A stretch of DNA of 64,000 nucleotides from Candidatus Poribacteria bacterium (GTDB lineage Bacteria > Poribacteria > WGA-4E > WGA-3G): positions 3,904,001 through 3,968,000 of the forward strand of contig OZ251518.1 of assembly GCA_965242965.1 (NCBI GenBank), written 5' to 3'. Within the stretch, counting starts at the first letter, position 1. Every line of letters begins with the position of its first letter. A model generated the notes under the pieces. The model saw nothing but the letters and a program-made list of their open reading frames with translations, had not been told where the DNA came from and did no database searches. The position numbers and the translations under genes were made by a program. Of the stretch, positions 31,051 through 43,400 are shown one piece after another.

Positions 31051-31458
31051 ATGTCAAGTCAGAGAATAGAACAAGACTTTCTCAAGAGTGCCTCAGCACA
31101 GATTCGGCTGGCCGTTGATGGCCATGAACGTTTCCGTGTGTTGACACCGTTCATGTTTGACGATGGCGATTGTCTTGTCATTGTGCTGAAAAAGATGGAT
31201 GGGCGGTGGGTGCTGTCGGACGAAGCGCATACCTACATGCATCTCTCATACGATATTGATGAGAAGGCACTTCATCGTGGCACGCGCCAGAAGATTATCG
31301 CCGGCACCCTCTCCATGTTCGGAATGGAAGAACGGGAGGGGGAACTCATCCTGGAGGTGCGGGACGCGCGCTACGGAGATGCGCTGTATGCATTCGCGCA
31401 AGCACTTCTCCGGATAGCAGACGTGAAGTATTTGTCAAAGAAACATACGCAAATGTGA
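31051..31458 (+). CDS. DUF1828-like domain protein
   Basis: TPFMFDDGDCLVIVLK..WVLSDEAHT. Confidence 0.7.
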   Translation: MSSQRIEQDFLKSASAQIRLAVDGHERFRVLTPFMFDDGDCLVIVLKKMDGRWVLSDEAHTYMHLSYDIDEKALHRGTRQKIIAGTLSMFGMEEREGELILEVRDARYGDALYAFAQALLRIADVKYLSKKHTQM

Positions 31459-31588
31459 TAGAGAAAATGTGATAAGGAACATGTGAAAACGCAAGTGTCC
31501 TGAGAAAATTCAAATTTCCTTGACACACGATGCAGGGATAATGTATACTATATTGAAAACGTTCTCAATCTTGAAAGGAGTCATGATT

Positions 31589-33112
31589 ATGAAACGCGCA
31601 CGAACATTCAAAAACGGGATGCCATATCATTTTCTCATCCTTGCCATCGGCTGCCTTTTCATCAATTCCGGTGCGATGGCGGCAGATGAGGCACTCGTCT
31701 ATGTCATCGACATCCGCAACGAAATCGGCAGCGGCGTGAGCTCCTATATCAGTCAAGGGATTCGCCTCGCGGCGGAGGCAGAGGCTGATGCCATCGTTTT
31801 TGATGTGGATACGCCTGGCGGCCGCGTGGATTCTGCTGTTGACATTATCCGTGCAATTCAGGCGACAGAGATTCCGACTATCGCCTTTGTGAACCGCCAA
31901 GCGATTTCGGCAGGCGCGATGATTTCCGCCGCGTGCTCGCAGATTGTGATGACATCCGGCGGCACCATCGGTGATTCCGCACCAGTCAACATTCAGGGAC
32001 AGGAGGCAGGCGAAAAGGCGATTTCTTATATCAGAGGAACGATTCGCGCCACCGCCGAACGGCAAAACCGCAACCCCGATATCGCCGAAGCAATGGTGGA
32101 TAAGGAACTGGTGCTGGTGCGGCTCTCCGATGGACATATCGTCAAACTGCTACCGGAAGAATACCTCGAAGAAGTCGATGCCGGGAGAGAAATGGAGATT
32201 CTGTGCGCGCAGGGAAAACTGCTGACGATGACGACTTTGGAAGCACTTGAATATGAATTCGCTGACGCGCAAGCGGAAAATCTGACAAACCTGCTCGCGC
32301 TCTACGAAATCGTTGAGATTGACGGTGTCAAAATGGCACTGCACGCCGAAGATGTGACGAGGAAACAGGCAGAACTCGGCGTGGGACAGGTGACGCGCGT
32401 GAAATCGCTGGCGGACGCGCAAATCGAACGGTATGCCGTGACGCTCGCGGATAGCATCGTCTTTTTCCTCACCAGTCCCCTTATCAGTTCGGTGCTCCTC
32501 TCGCTGGGGATGTTGGGTATCTTTATTGAGATTCGGACTCCCGGCTTCGGCATTCCCGGTTTCCTAGGGTTGCTGTGCCTCGGGCTTTTCTTCGGTGGGC
32601 ACATGTTGAACCAAATTGAAGCGGAATGGGCGGCACTTGCTTTCGTCGTCGGCATCGCTTTCATCGTGCTGGAGGTATTTGTTATTCCGGGGTTCGGTGT
32701 CGCCGGAATTATCGGCATTACGCTGATGCTCGGCAGCGTCTTTTTCGTCTTCAAAAACGCTTATGAACTCGGCACAGCCGTTCAATGGCTCTCTCTCTCC
32801 GTGATTCTGACATGCACGATGGCAATCCTTGCGGCGTGGATGCTCCCGAAAACCCAGACTTTCCGGCGGTTCGCATTACCGACAGTCATGACGACTGACA
32901 TGGGATACCATTCAGCGGGCTCGGAAGATTTTCAGAGTTACCTTGGACAGACAGGGATTGCGTTGACACCGTTGCGGCCCGCGGGCAGTGCACGAATTAA
33001 CAACAAGCGGGTAGATGTCATCACGGAAGGCGATTTCATCGCGCGCGACACCACAGTCAAAGTGCTTGAGGTTGAAGGAGCTAAGGTTTTTGTGGAGGCA
33101 ATTGAGGAATAA
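31589..33112 (+). CDS. nfeD: long-form NfeD (ClpP-like protease domain + TM + OB fold; YqeZ-like)
   Basis: DTPGGRVD, AISAGA, PGFGIPG, TPLRPAG. Confidence 0.88.
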   Translation: MKRARTFKNGMPYHFLILAIGCLFINSGAMAADEALVYVIDIRNEIGSGVSSYISQGIRLAAEAEADAIVFDVDTPGGRVDSAVDIIRAIQATEIPTIAFVNRQAISAGAMISAACSQIVMTSGGTIGDSAPVNIQGQEAGEKAISYIRGTIRATAERQNRNPDIAEAMVDKELVLVRLSDGHIVKLLPEEYLEEVDAGREMEILCAQGKLLTMTTLEALEYEFADAQAENLTNLLALYEIVEIDGVKMALHAEDVTRKQAELGVGQVTRVKSLADAQIERYAVTLADSIVFFLTSPLISSVLLSLGMLGIFIEIRTPGFGIPGFLGLLCLGLFFGGHMLNQIEAEWAALAFVVGIAFIVLEVFVIPGFGVAGIIGITLMLGSVFFVFKNAYELGTAVQWLSLSVILTCTMAILAAWMLPKTQTFRRFALPTVMTTDMGYHSAGSEDFQSYLGQTGIALTPLRPAGSARINNKRVDVITEGDFIARDTTVKVLEVEGAKVFVEAIEE

Positions 33113-33114
33113 TT

Positions 33115-33594
33115 ATGTGGTTTCCAACGCTTCTCATCGCATTAGGCTTCCTGCTCATTTTCATTGAGCTCCTCATTCTGCCGGGGTTCGGCGCGGCAGG
33201 GGTGCCGGGGATTGTGCTTATCTGCACGGGACTCGGCATAATCTGGTGGAAAATCGGGTTTTACTCGGCACTCATCTACGGGAGCATCGCCCTAGTTTTC
33301 GCCATCCCGATTGCGATTGTCGGATTATCGATGATTCGTGAAACGCCGTTGGGGAACGTCTTTATCCTGAAAACCTCGCAGAAGAGCGACGATGGGTTTC
33401 AGGCGATGCCGCCGGAACTCAAAACACTGGTTGGCAAATCGGGAACGGCTATCACGCCGTTGCGTCCTACCGGTGTTGCCTTAATCGATGGACATCGCGT
33501 GGACATCGTCACGCGCGGCGAGTTTGTTGAAACGGAAACAGAGGTTGAAGTGATTTTGGTTGAAGGCAATCGCGTCGTCGTGCGCAGTTTGTGA
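33115..33594 (+). CDS. short-form NfeD protein
   Basis: PGFGAAG TM region, TPLRPTG OB fold. Confidence 0.85.
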   Translation: MWFPTLLIALGFLLIFIELLILPGFGAAGVPGIVLICTGLGIIWWKIGFYSALIYGSIALVFAIPIAIVGLSMIRETPLGNVFILKTSQKSDDGFQAMPPELKTLVGKSGTAITPLRPTGVALIDGHRVDIVTRGEFVETETEVEVILVEGNRVVVRSL

Positions 33595-33613
33595 AAGGAA
33601 AGGAGAATACAAC

Positions 33614-34504
33614 ATGGATGCATTTACGGGGATAGTTGCCCTCGTTGTCTTAATTTTTGTTATCGCGTTCTTTTGGTTCGTCCCGGTGGGGTTGTGGATT
33701 GCGGCGATTGCAGCGGGAGTGCCGCTCCGCATTTTTGACCTGGTTGGCATGCGCCTCCGCCGCGTCGATCCGAATATCATCGTCAAGGCACTCATCAGCG
33801 CACATAAGGCTGGCTTGCCAGTAGCGACGGCTGAATTGGAAGCGCATTATCTCGCCGGGGGGAACGTGCTGAACGTCGTTAGCGCGCTCATCGCCGCCGA
33901 TAAAGCGCGCATTGAACTCACCTTCCAACGCTCTTCTGCCATCGATCTGGCGGGCAGAGATGTCTTTGAGGCGGTGCAGGTGAGCGTTAACCCGCGCGTT
34001 ATTACCACCCCGCGCATCAGCGCGCTGGCATTGGACGGTGTCGAACTCATCACCACCGTCAGAATTACGGTGCGCACGAATATCAACCGGCTCGTCGGCG
34101 GTGCCGGCGAGGAGACGATTATCGCCCGCGTCGGCGAGGGGATAATCAGTGCCATCGGTGCCTCCGAAACCTACGAGGATGTGCTGGAAAATCCGGACAT
34201 TATCTCTAAAACTGTGTTGGACCGGGGGCTTGATGCCGGCACTGCCTTTGAAATCCTCTCCATTGACATCGCCGATGTCAACGTCGGCAAGAATATCGGT
34301 GCCGAATTACAAGCAGAGCAAGCCGAGGCAGACCTGGTTGTCGCGCAAGCGAAGGCGGAGGAACGCCGCGCGATGGCCGTCGCACGCAAGCAGGAAATGA
34401 CAGCGAGCGTGCAGGAGATGCGCGCTAAAGTCGTTGAGGCAGAGGCGCGCGTCCCGCGAGCACTCGCCGGCGCATTCCGAGAAGGCAATCTGAACACTGA
34501 ATAG
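33614..34504 (+). CDS. floA: flotillin-like protein FloA (YqfA), copy 1, short C-terminus
   Basis: [28 protein letters not shown]. Confidence 0.9.
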   Translation: MDAFTGIVALVVLIFVIAFFWFVPVGLWIAAIAAGVPLRIFDLVGMRLRRVDPNIIVKALISAHKAGLPVATAELEAHYLAGGNVLNVVSALIAADKARIELTFQRSSAIDLAGRDVFEAVQVSVNPRVITTPRISALALDGVELITTVRITVRTNINRLVGGAGEETIIARVGEGIISAIGASETYEDVLENPDIISKTVLDRGLDAGTAFEILSIDIADVNVGKNIGAELQAEQAEADLVVAQAKAEERRAMAVARKQEMTASVQEMRAKVVEAEARVPRALAGAFREGNLNTE

Positions 34505-34774
34505 AGAAGAGGGTTTACCATTGCGAGGAAACTTGCGGCGTGACTATGGATAGAGACGTGAATGCCGCAATGAACTTAAACAACGTCGCCGCTGGTTTGA
34601 CGGACGACGTAAAACCAAGCAGGATTTACAGGATTATCACGGGCACGCCTGTCAAGATGCTCGGGTTTTCCTGAGCATCACTGTAAATCGTGATAATCGT
34701 GATAATCCTGCTCGGAATTGAGTAACCTGCGGGAATCTTCGGAAACCTGCGGAGAAAAAGGAACAGAACGAATT

Positions 34775-35803
34775 ATGGAACCAATTGTTGCAATAATCGC
34801 CGTAGGACTTGTCCTATTTCTGGTTATCCTCACGTGGCTTGTCCCAGTCGGGTTGTGGATTACCGCCATCGCCGCAGGCGTGAAAGTGGGCATTTTTGAT
34901 TTGGTGGCGATGCGTTTACGGCGCGTGCCACCGAAGGCTATCGTGGAACCACAGATTAACGCCACGAAGGCAGGACTCTCTCTCTCTCTCGATGACCTCG
35001 AGGCACACTATCTCGCCGGGGGGCGCGTTGGGAGTGTCGTCGCGGCACTCATCGCCGCCGATAAAGCGAACATCGACCTGGGTTTCGCGCAAGCCGCCGC
35101 CATTGACTTGGCAGGACGCGATGTGCTACAAGCCGTCCAGGTCAGCGTTACGCCGGAGATTATCGATATCCCCGAAAGAAGTGATACGAGAGGCGGCATC
35201 ACCGCTGTCGCACGTGACGGCATCCAGTTGATTGTCACGGCGCGCGTTACCGTGCGTGCAGATATTGACAGACTTGTCGGCGGCGCGACAGAGGATACCA
35301 TTCGTGCCAGAGTCGGCGAAGGTATCATTACGACTATCGGCTCCGCGAGCAGCCATAAGAAGGTTTTGGAGAACCCTGTCCTCATCTCCGAAACGGTGCT
35401 GGCGAAAGGGTTGTCTGCCGGGACTGCCTTTGAAATCCTCTCTATTGACATCGCCGATATCAACGTCGGTGAGAACGTCGGAGCGAAATTACAGACGGAC
35501 CAGGCGGAGGCGGAACTCAAAGTCGCGCGCGCAAAGGCAGAAGAACGCCGCGCTCGCGCACAAGCGGAGGAAGAGGAGAACAAGGCACTCGTCGAAGAAA
35601 TGACTATCAAGCTCATCGAAGCGGAGGCAGAGGTGCCGCTCGCTATCTCCGATTCGTTTGACTCGGAACGGATGAGTGTGATGGCTTACTACGACTTGCG
35701 CAATATTCTTGCCGATACGGAGATGCGGCAATCAATCGCTTCGCCGGGTGGGACGCAAGAGGTAGATACAACCCGGTCTGCGCATTCGTTAGGGTTGTCG
35801 TAG
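34775..35803 (+). CDS. floA: flotillin-like protein FloA (YqfA), copy 2
   Basis: same motifs plus C-terminal [14 protein letters not shown]. Confidence 0.9.
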   Translation: MEPIVAIIAVGLVLFLVILTWLVPVGLWITAIAAGVKVGIFDLVAMRLRRVPPKAIVEPQINATKAGLSLSLDDLEAHYLAGGRVGSVVAALIAADKANIDLGFAQAAAIDLAGRDVLQAVQVSVTPEIIDIPERSDTRGGITAVARDGIQLIVTARVTVRADIDRLVGGATEDTIRARVGEGIITTIGSASSHKKVLENPVLISETVLAKGLSAGTAFEILSIDIADINVGENVGAKLQTDQAEAELKVARAKAEERRARAQAEEEENKALVEEMTIKLIEAEAEVPLAISDSFDSERMSVMAYYDLRNILADTEMRQSIASPGGTQEVDTTRSAHSLGLS

Positions 35804-35818
35804 ACTGCTACACCTCTC

Positions 35819-36110
35819 GTAGGGCGAGGGCCCTCGCATGCCACAAGCGCATGCGAGAGGGTTTCCCTCGCCATGCTGCTGTGAGAACATACGATGTTCA
35901 TCGAGACCGTAGCGCGGGGGCCTGTCCCCCGCGATCGTTCCTGCTGCGAGAACATACGATGTTCATCGAGACCGTAGCGCGGGGGCCTGTCCCCCGCGAT
36001 CGTTCCTGCTGCGAGAACATACGATATTCATCGAGACGCGGGAGGTCTCGCCTACCGGGTGCCTGTCCCTCGCCATGCTGCTGCGAGAACTCGCGGGGGA
36101 CAGGCACCCG
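35819..36110. repeat. REP array with ~65-bp tandem units
   Basis: GAGAACATACGATGTTCATCGAGACCGTAGCGCGGGGG repeated. Confidence 0.85.
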
Positions 36111-36147
36111 CACAGCGATTTTCACCTAAGACTATGGAGAAAAACCG

Positions 36148-36579
<432 letters not shown>

Positions 36580-36637
36580 GGACAGCTTTCTATATCTGTC
36601 CCTGTCTGTCGTTCGGGTGCTGTGGCGATAACATTGC

Positions 36638-36942
36638 ATCGAGACCTGGAGGGATCTCCTACGGGTTTGTCTGTCGTTACGCACCGTAGCGCGGGGCCGC
36701 TCGGATGCCCGCCGCGTATCCGAGCGGGTTTCCCCCGAGAACACCCGCATGCTTACCGTAGCGCGGGGGCCCTCGGATGCCACACGCGCATCCGAGCGGG
36801 TTTCCCCCGCGAACGATGCCCACCGGGTAGGAGAGACCTCCCGGTCTCGATTCCGTAGCGCGTGGGCCCTCGGATGCCATACGCGCATCCGAGCGGGTTT
36901 CCCCCGCAATCTTGAAGCGAGGAACATCCCCGCGCCCTACGT
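36638..36942. repeat. REP array with long-stem variants
   Basis: GTAGCGCG...CTCGGATG..CATCCGAGCGGGTTTCCCCCGC x3. Confidence 0.85.
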
Positions 36943-36956
36943 GCAAATCCAAAAAA

Positions 36957-39071
36957 ATGCCCCGGCTACCTAAAAACCTCTTCATCTATCCCCTCGCCGC
37001 GCTTTTGGTATTGACGAGCTGCGCCGAATGCCCGGAAATCGCTGAACAGCAGGAACCAGTTGCGATAGAGGTGCCACCCTACGCCCGTTATCTCAAAGGC
37101 TTCACCATCTGCCTTGACCCGGGGCACGGTGGCCAAGGACACATCCCCGACTATAAGCGCGGCCCGACAGGCCTCCGCGAGGCAGAAGTCAATCTCCAAG
37201 TTGCCCTGTATCTGCGTGAGATGTTGCAAGATACCGGTGCTATCGTCATCATGACGCGGGTTGACGATTCTTACGTTAGCCTGCCGAGGCGTAGTCAGAT
37301 TGCCAACGAAAACCACGCCGATTTTTTCATTTCGCTGCACCATAACGCTATTGAGAATAAGCCGCTGACGAACTATACCTCGACGTGGTATCACGGCGAT
37401 GCGGATGAGTCGCGTCCGAGTCTCGATCTGGCGCGCTATATTCAGCAAGGTGTCGCCGATGCGCTTCGGTTGCCCACCTCGCCTGCGACAGGGCTCTATT
37501 CCGATAAGCTCGTCGCGGCTTCAGGTTTCGGTGTTTTGCGGCTGACGCACTGCCCGGCTGTCGTGTGCGAGGCATCTTTTTATTCTAATCCGGCGGAGGA
37601 GGCGCGGCTGAAATCGGCGGATTACCTGAAACGCGAGGCATCCGGCTATTTTCTGGGGCTTGCACGTTACGTTGCAGCGGGTTTTCCGAAAGGGACGCTT
37701 ATCAAACCTCATCCCGATGCGGTAATGGATACCAAAACGCCGCGGCTGCAAATCCGGGTTTCAGATGGGCTCCACGAGCGCGGCGCGTGGATGCTCAAAC
37801 GACAACAAGTCTTCACCGATTCTATACGTGTCAACATTGACGGCGTGCGTGTCCCTTTTCACTATCGGCGCGACGAAGATTTAATCGATATCGTCATTGA
37901 GAAACCGTTGTCAAATGGCACACATTCTGTCCAAACCGAACTCGTCAACTATTACGGCAATCACAGCCTGCCTTCTGCGCAGTGGTTTAAAGTCGCGCCG
38001 CCTGCGGAAAAAATGCATCTCCGCGCATGGACAGATACGCTTCCGTTTGATGGAAAAAGTTACGTCGGCATCGCCGTAACCGCGCTGGATGCAGATGGGC
38101 TCCCGATAGCGGATGACGAACCGATTTATGCCGACACTCAGCGGCGCGCCCTGCTCTTTAAGACAGAGGCACTTTCCAAAGACGGGGCGGCGTGTTTTTA
38201 TCTGCGGACACCGACAGAACCCGGCACCGCGAGGGTGAGGGTGAGTTATCGGCAGAAACAAGCATCGGTGACGATTCGCTTTGCTGCAATTGCCCACGGA
38301 ATTGCACAGGGACAAATCTTGGATGCGGATACCGGTAAACCGATTCAAAACGTCCAGCTGGAAGCGAGCGGCTTGCAAAAAACTGTCACGACAGATGCCG
38401 AGGGCCACTTTTTCTTCACAACGGATTTTGAGGGAGAGACAACGCTACGCATCGCCGCGGCGGGTTACTATCCTGACGAACGCCAGATTGACATGCAACC
38501 AAACGGCGCGACGGTTATCAATCTGAAACTCCACGCCGTTGCAGATGGCGCGTTCGCCTCTACTGTCTTTGTGTTAGATTCACTCGGCGATGCTCATGAA
38601 ACGCGGGAACTCATCAAGGCATTACAAGAGATGTTGGAACTTGCCGGAGCCAAACTCTACCGTGTCCAAAAATCGTCTGTTCAAGAGCGGATTGCGGCGG
38701 TAAATGCGATTCCGTCGGAGGGGTATTATCTCCGCGTTCACCACGCGCAGCCGAGGAAAGATGAGCCTGCTGTCCTTGCGGCGCATTACCGCGGCAATTA
38801 CGACGCGGAAAACTTCCTCAAGCAGGTATTGGAGCAATTCGGCGCGTCACCGGTTACCGTGCAAGACACGTCAACGCCTGAAATTCAGCAGACGAACAAA
38901 ATGGCGATGACGCTTGAAATCCGAACAGGGGGTTCCGCAATGGAAGAAGCGCAGGCGATTTTTTTCGGCGCGTGGCGGTTTTTGAAAGGTGGGGAGATTG
39001 CAGATGAAGACAGGAAGCGGTTCTTAGCATATTTAGCGGCATCGCAAGAGACAGGAAAAGGTGGACAATAG
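36957..39071 (+). CDS. N-acetylmuramoyl-L-alanine amidase (Amidase_3) lipoprotein with Ig-like/carboxypeptidase-regulatory domains
   Basis: lipobox LTSC, LDPGHGG, EAEVNL, ISLHHNA, PAVVCE. Confidence 0.9.
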   Translation: MPRLPKNLFIYPLAALLVLTSCAECPEIAEQQEPVAIEVPPYARYLKGFTICLDPGHGGQGHIPDYKRGPTGLREAEVNLQVALYLREMLQDTGAIVIMTRVDDSYVSLPRRSQIANENHADFFISLHHNAIENKPLTNYTSTWYHGDADESRPSLDLARYIQQGVADALRLPTSPATGLYSDKLVAASGFGVLRLTHCPAVVCEASFYSNPAEEARLKSADYLKREASGYFLGLARYVAAGFPKGTLIKPHPDAVMDTKTPRLQIRVSDGLHERGAWMLKRQQVFTDSIRVNIDGVRVPFHYRRDEDLIDIVIEKPLSNGTHSVQTELVNYYGNHSLPSAQWFKVAPPAEKMHLRAWTDTLPFDGKSYVGIAVTALDADGLPIADDEPIYADTQRRALLFKTEALSKDGAACFYLRTPTEPGTARVRVSYRQKQASVTIRFAAIAHGIAQGQILDADTGKPIQNVQLEASGLQKTVTTDAEGHFFFTTDFEGETTLRIAAAGYYPDERQIDMQPNGATVINLKLHAVADGAFASTVFVLDSLGDAHETRELIKALQEMLELAGAKLYRVQKSSVQERIAAVNAIPSEGYYLRVHHAQPRKDEPAVLAAHYRGNYDAENFLKQVLEQFGASPVTVQDTSTPEIQQTNKMAMTLEIRTGGSAMEEAQAIFFGAWRFLKGGEIADEDRKRFLAYLAASQETGKGGQ

Positions 39072-39073
39072 GC

Positions 39074-40081
39074 ATGCAGATTACGTCAAAAATCACGAAA
39101 CTTCAACTTTCATCACCCTTTAAGATTGCCCGCCGCGCGATGGATACGTATCGGGAGGTTATCTCCGTAGAAATAGATGGCGGCATTGGTGAAACCGCAC
39201 CGGCGCGGTTTTACGGCGAGACGGTGCAGACAGTCGAAGCAGCGTTGAAAACCATCGGGCCGGTTATTGCGGCAGACCTGGGTGCGATTCAGGACGTGAT
39301 GGCTGAGGTTGAAACGGCGTTGGGCGGCAATTACGCCGCGAAATCGGCGATTGACATGGCACTGCACGACAGACTCGGCAAGAAACTGGGCGTGCCGCTC
39401 TATCAACTCTGGGGACTCAATCCGATGAAAACGCCGCAGACTTCGTTTACCATTGGACTTGATGAACCGATGGTGATGGCTGAGAAGGCGCGGCGCGCCG
39501 AAGCATATTCTATCCTGAAAGTGAAACTCGGCACACCGCGGGATTTGGAGATAATGGCGGCACTCCGCGCTGTCACGGATAAACCCATCTATGTCGATGC
39601 GAATACGGCGTGGCACCCGAAAGAGGCGGTGCGCAAAATCCGTGAATTGGTGCAATACGGTGTGGAATTGATTGAACAGCCGACGAATCCTTACGATTTG
39701 CGCGGACTCAAGTTTGTCCGCGAACATTCGGAACTGCCTATTATCGCTGATGAGAGCGTCAAACGCGCCGCGGATATTCCCGCGCTCGCTGAGTGCGTTG
39801 ACGGTATCAACATCAAATTAGTGAAGTGTGGCGGGCTGCTGGAGGCACTGCGGATGATGCATGTCGCCCGCGCACACGGCTTGCAGGTGATGCTCGGGTG
39901 TATGATAGAGAGTTCACTCGGCATCACTGCCGCTGCGCATTTGACACCGTTGGTAGATTATGCGGATTTAGATGGGAATTTGCTCATTGCAAACGATCCG
40001 TATGTGGGTGTGACTGTTGAGGAGGGGAAGCTGGTCTTGCCAAGTGGGCCGGGGATTGGTATCGGTGCATCGGAGTGCTAA
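39074..40081 (+). CDS. L-Ala-D/L-Glu (dipeptide) epimerase
   Basis: KVKLG, DAN, EQP, ADES, NIKL.KCGG, GCMIES, DLDG. Confidence 0.9.
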   Translation: MQITSKITKLQLSSPFKIARRAMDTYREVISVEIDGGIGETAPARFYGETVQTVEAALKTIGPVIAADLGAIQDVMAEVETALGGNYAAKSAIDMALHDRLGKKLGVPLYQLWGLNPMKTPQTSFTIGLDEPMVMAEKARRAEAYSILKVKLGTPRDLEIMAALRAVTDKPIYVDANTAWHPKEAVRKIRELVQYGVELIEQPTNPYDLRGLKFVREHSELPIIADESVKRAADIPALAECVDGINIKLVKCGGLLEALRMMHVARAHGLQVMLGCMIESSLGITAAAHLTPLVDYADLDGNLLIANDPYVGVTVEEGKLVLPSGPGIGIGASEC

Positions 40082-40445
40082 TCCTGGTAAATCTTGGAAA
40101 TCGTGATAATCCTGCTCGGATTTACAAGATTCGCGGGATGTGGAGCAGGATTTACAAGATTATCACGATTAGCAAGATGCGAAGAACGGCCCGTTTTACC
40201 GTAGGGCGAGGGCCTGTCCCTCGCCAGGCAACGATCGCGAGGGAAACCCGCTCGGACGCGCTGGGCAGAGCACCCACGCCCTACGGAGCCTGAAACGATC
40301 GCGGGGGACAGGCCCCCGCGCTACGGTAGCCAGAACGGCCCGTTTTTTCGTAGGGCGAGGGCCTGTCCCTCGCCATGCACCGATCGCGGGGGAGACCCGC
40401 TCGGAGCCTGAAACGATCGCGGGGGACAGGCCCCCGCGCTACGGT
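40081..40445. repeat. 9-bp periodic repeats plus REP tandem
   Basis: AATCCTG/CAGGATT periodic arms in inverted orientation; GTAG REPs. Confidence 0.85.
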
Positions 40446-40456
40446 ACTGAGCACGG

Positions 40457-43400
40457 CTATTCTTGCCGTTTCACCTCACCGAACGTAGTCAGCATCCGAT
40501 TAGATGCGGAAACAGGACCCGGCAACAACCGCGTCACTAACGTCTCTGGCTTACCATCAAACGCAACTTCCTCGATCTGATAATAATACTCAACCCCCGG
40601 CTTCGCAGACGTATCCGTAAACGTATACGTCTGACGTTCGCCTGTTGTGCCGGCACCGGCGATTAAGGCAGGATTCAAAAGCGTGAAACCGCTCGCGCGC
40701 TTTTCACTGCGGCGCAGATTGAAACCCGCGTTGTCGACTTCTGATTCGGTTGTCCATGTCAAGACAACAGCACCAGCTTCATTGCGCATCATCGAGAAAC
40801 TGGATAACTCTACCGGCAATGCACCGCCTTCGCGATGCCCCGGTGTGCCGATGTCCTCAGCATGGCCGTAGTGGAGAGACTCATCAAACGGCTTGATGCG
40901 CGCTGCCAACACCCAACTCGCACGCTTTTGTCCCGGCAGCGCAACACTCTTGTCATAACGCCGAATGACAGAACTCCGCGAACCTTCCTCAAAACTCAAC
41001 GGTAATGCCCATGCAGGTGCATCGTCCGAACGCCGATCGCTGTCCCTGTTACCGACTTCGTCTACCAGATTCCCGTTCCTATCGGAGAGTTGCAGGTAGA
41101 ATCCTTCGGTACTTAAGAACGTATCGCGCGCACGCTTGATGCGCAGATTCTTCTCGTGCAGTGCCAACAGGTCGTAAATTCTGTCCGCCGGCAGATACGA
41201 ATCCGACGACGCACGCGCCGGTCCTGCCACAATCAAGAGCGTCTGATTTGGCTGAATCACTTTTTCGCCAAGCGTCAGCGTGACAATCGGGCGGCCGACT
41301 AAATCCTCGGAATCGACATTCTGAATCTCCAACCTCCACCGGTTGAGATTAATGGCATCCGTTTTGGAATTGTTGTAGAGTTCAATCCATTGCGGCAATG
41401 TGCCGCCACCCGAATCAAACATGATTTCGCTGAGCGTGACACTTCCCTTCGGCGTAGCGGCTTCCGTTTTCACCGCACCATTCGGATAGCCCGGCGTGCC
41501 GGAAGTGGCAGGAGACTCTGTCACCTTCCTATCATAGCCGATACCGGTGAACGCCGATTCTGCCCAGGCATCCTTGTGGTATCCCACAATGTCCGCCTTC
41601 GTGCGCTGCCAGACTTTGCCTGAGCCGAGGGCATCTTCAGTGTCACCACCCGGTGCCTGCAACACTTGCAAGGGCCAGACATGCGTATCATAGTCGCCTG
41701 TCTGCTCGCGGACAAACGCATCGGTGTCGCTGCCGCCGCCACCGGCGACATCCACGAATGCCTCGTTCAAGCCGCGTTTATCCTTCGCGTTGCGGAGAAT
41801 CAAAAGGAATTTTCCATCGTCAGGTAGGGACAACTCCGATTTGACAAGATACAGGTGCGAAGAACCTTTTGTCTCCACCGCGGCAGTCGCCACGTTATCA
41901 CCACCGGCGAGCGCATTGCCTTCCGCCGTTGGATCGCTGTTCGTTATCAACAACAGCCCGTTCGCAGGCACGCTCACATCTTCCACAAAAGCAATCAGGG
42001 AAGTATCTTCCTTCTTGCCATCTTGCACGATGCTGAGCTCCCAGTCTTTTAACGAGACAGCAGATCCTGTCACATTGCGGAGTTCCAACCAGTCATCAGT
42101 ATCGCCGCTACCATTGCCGAGTTCGTTGAAGACAACGGGGCTGCGCGGCACATCCGATGCGGCCGCCTTCGGTTCTTCCACCTGGAAAATCGGGAAGACC
42201 GGCAACACCGGCGACTCCTGCATCACCGTGGGGACCTGCCGCCCTGACGTATCTACCAACGGCAACTGCCCCCGAGCCGGGACCCGAGCAGGAACTTCAC
42301 CAGAACCTTTCACTTCCTCCTGACTGGTACCCGCTAACTGACTGCCACCGGCATCCACCAGCCGCGTCCCCACCGGCACCGTTAACCCAACAGGCGCAAC
42401 GCTTATTGAATCCGCAACGTCAGTGACTGCCACCGTATACGCAAACGTCACTTTCGTGGAATTCGCATCCGCGGCGGCTTGCCATGTCGCATGCCGGGCA
42501 TTTGCCGGCACTTCTTCGCCGAGATACAGCGTCAGATACGGCGGGGCATCGCCTTCATAGCGGAGGCCTTCCCGATTATACGTTACTTCCACCTCAATCT
42601 TCTCACCGGCGGTATAAACACCGGCGGCAGGCTCAACTATCTCCGGGGTTTCCACCACCTGAAACGGGATGTTCACCGGCACTGTCAACGTATTGGATGC
42701 CAGACTATCGTTGCCTGCGATGTCCTGTGTTGCACCGGCGGGCACACTGATAGCCACGTCGCCCTGAAAACCGAGAGGCGGCGCAATCGTCGCCTTGTAA
42801 ACTAGAAACGAGGCAGAGTTTTTCGCATCACCGGGGGAATGAAGCGAACCAGGCGGATTGCTCCGACCGGGAGGCGGCCACTGATTGGTAGCACGATGGT
42901 CCAACCCGATATAGGTAGTTTCAACCTCCCACTCAGATCTCACCACATTCGCACCGGTAATCTCCACATCATCGCCGGTAAAACTCGTCCCCACTTCGTC
43001 GGCTATCGCGCCCGGCTCGTTGAAAAAGCGGAATTCAACATCAAAGGCCCCTGTCTGGACATCGCTTTCCGTGACAGCCGCGCGGAAATCGTCCGCTGTC
43101 ATCGCGGGGATTGCGGTATACGTCGGATCCAGATTCACCACGGCAATCCGTCTATCCTCTCTGTGCGTTTCACCGTTCTTTATCACGCCGGGAATCCAGA
43201 CTGTCGCGGGGATGGTATCCACGAGGTACTTGATGATGCCTCGGGCATAGTCAGCGTGGTGTTCCCCCGGCGGATCTATCCACGGATCTGCCTCGCTCGT
43301 CGCCGTTAGCATCTGCCCGGAAAAAAACGAGCGGAACTGCGTTTCAAGCCCCAAGGCAACCGAATTAGGAACATTGGGGATTCTGGCTACCTCGTGGCCT

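Noticed and set aside
40457-42200. Diversity-generating retroelement TR/VR pair with 12664-14340
   Set aside because: Similarity spans more than 1.5 kb of paralogous coding sequence without evident adenine-specific mismatches, and no reverse transcriptase is present
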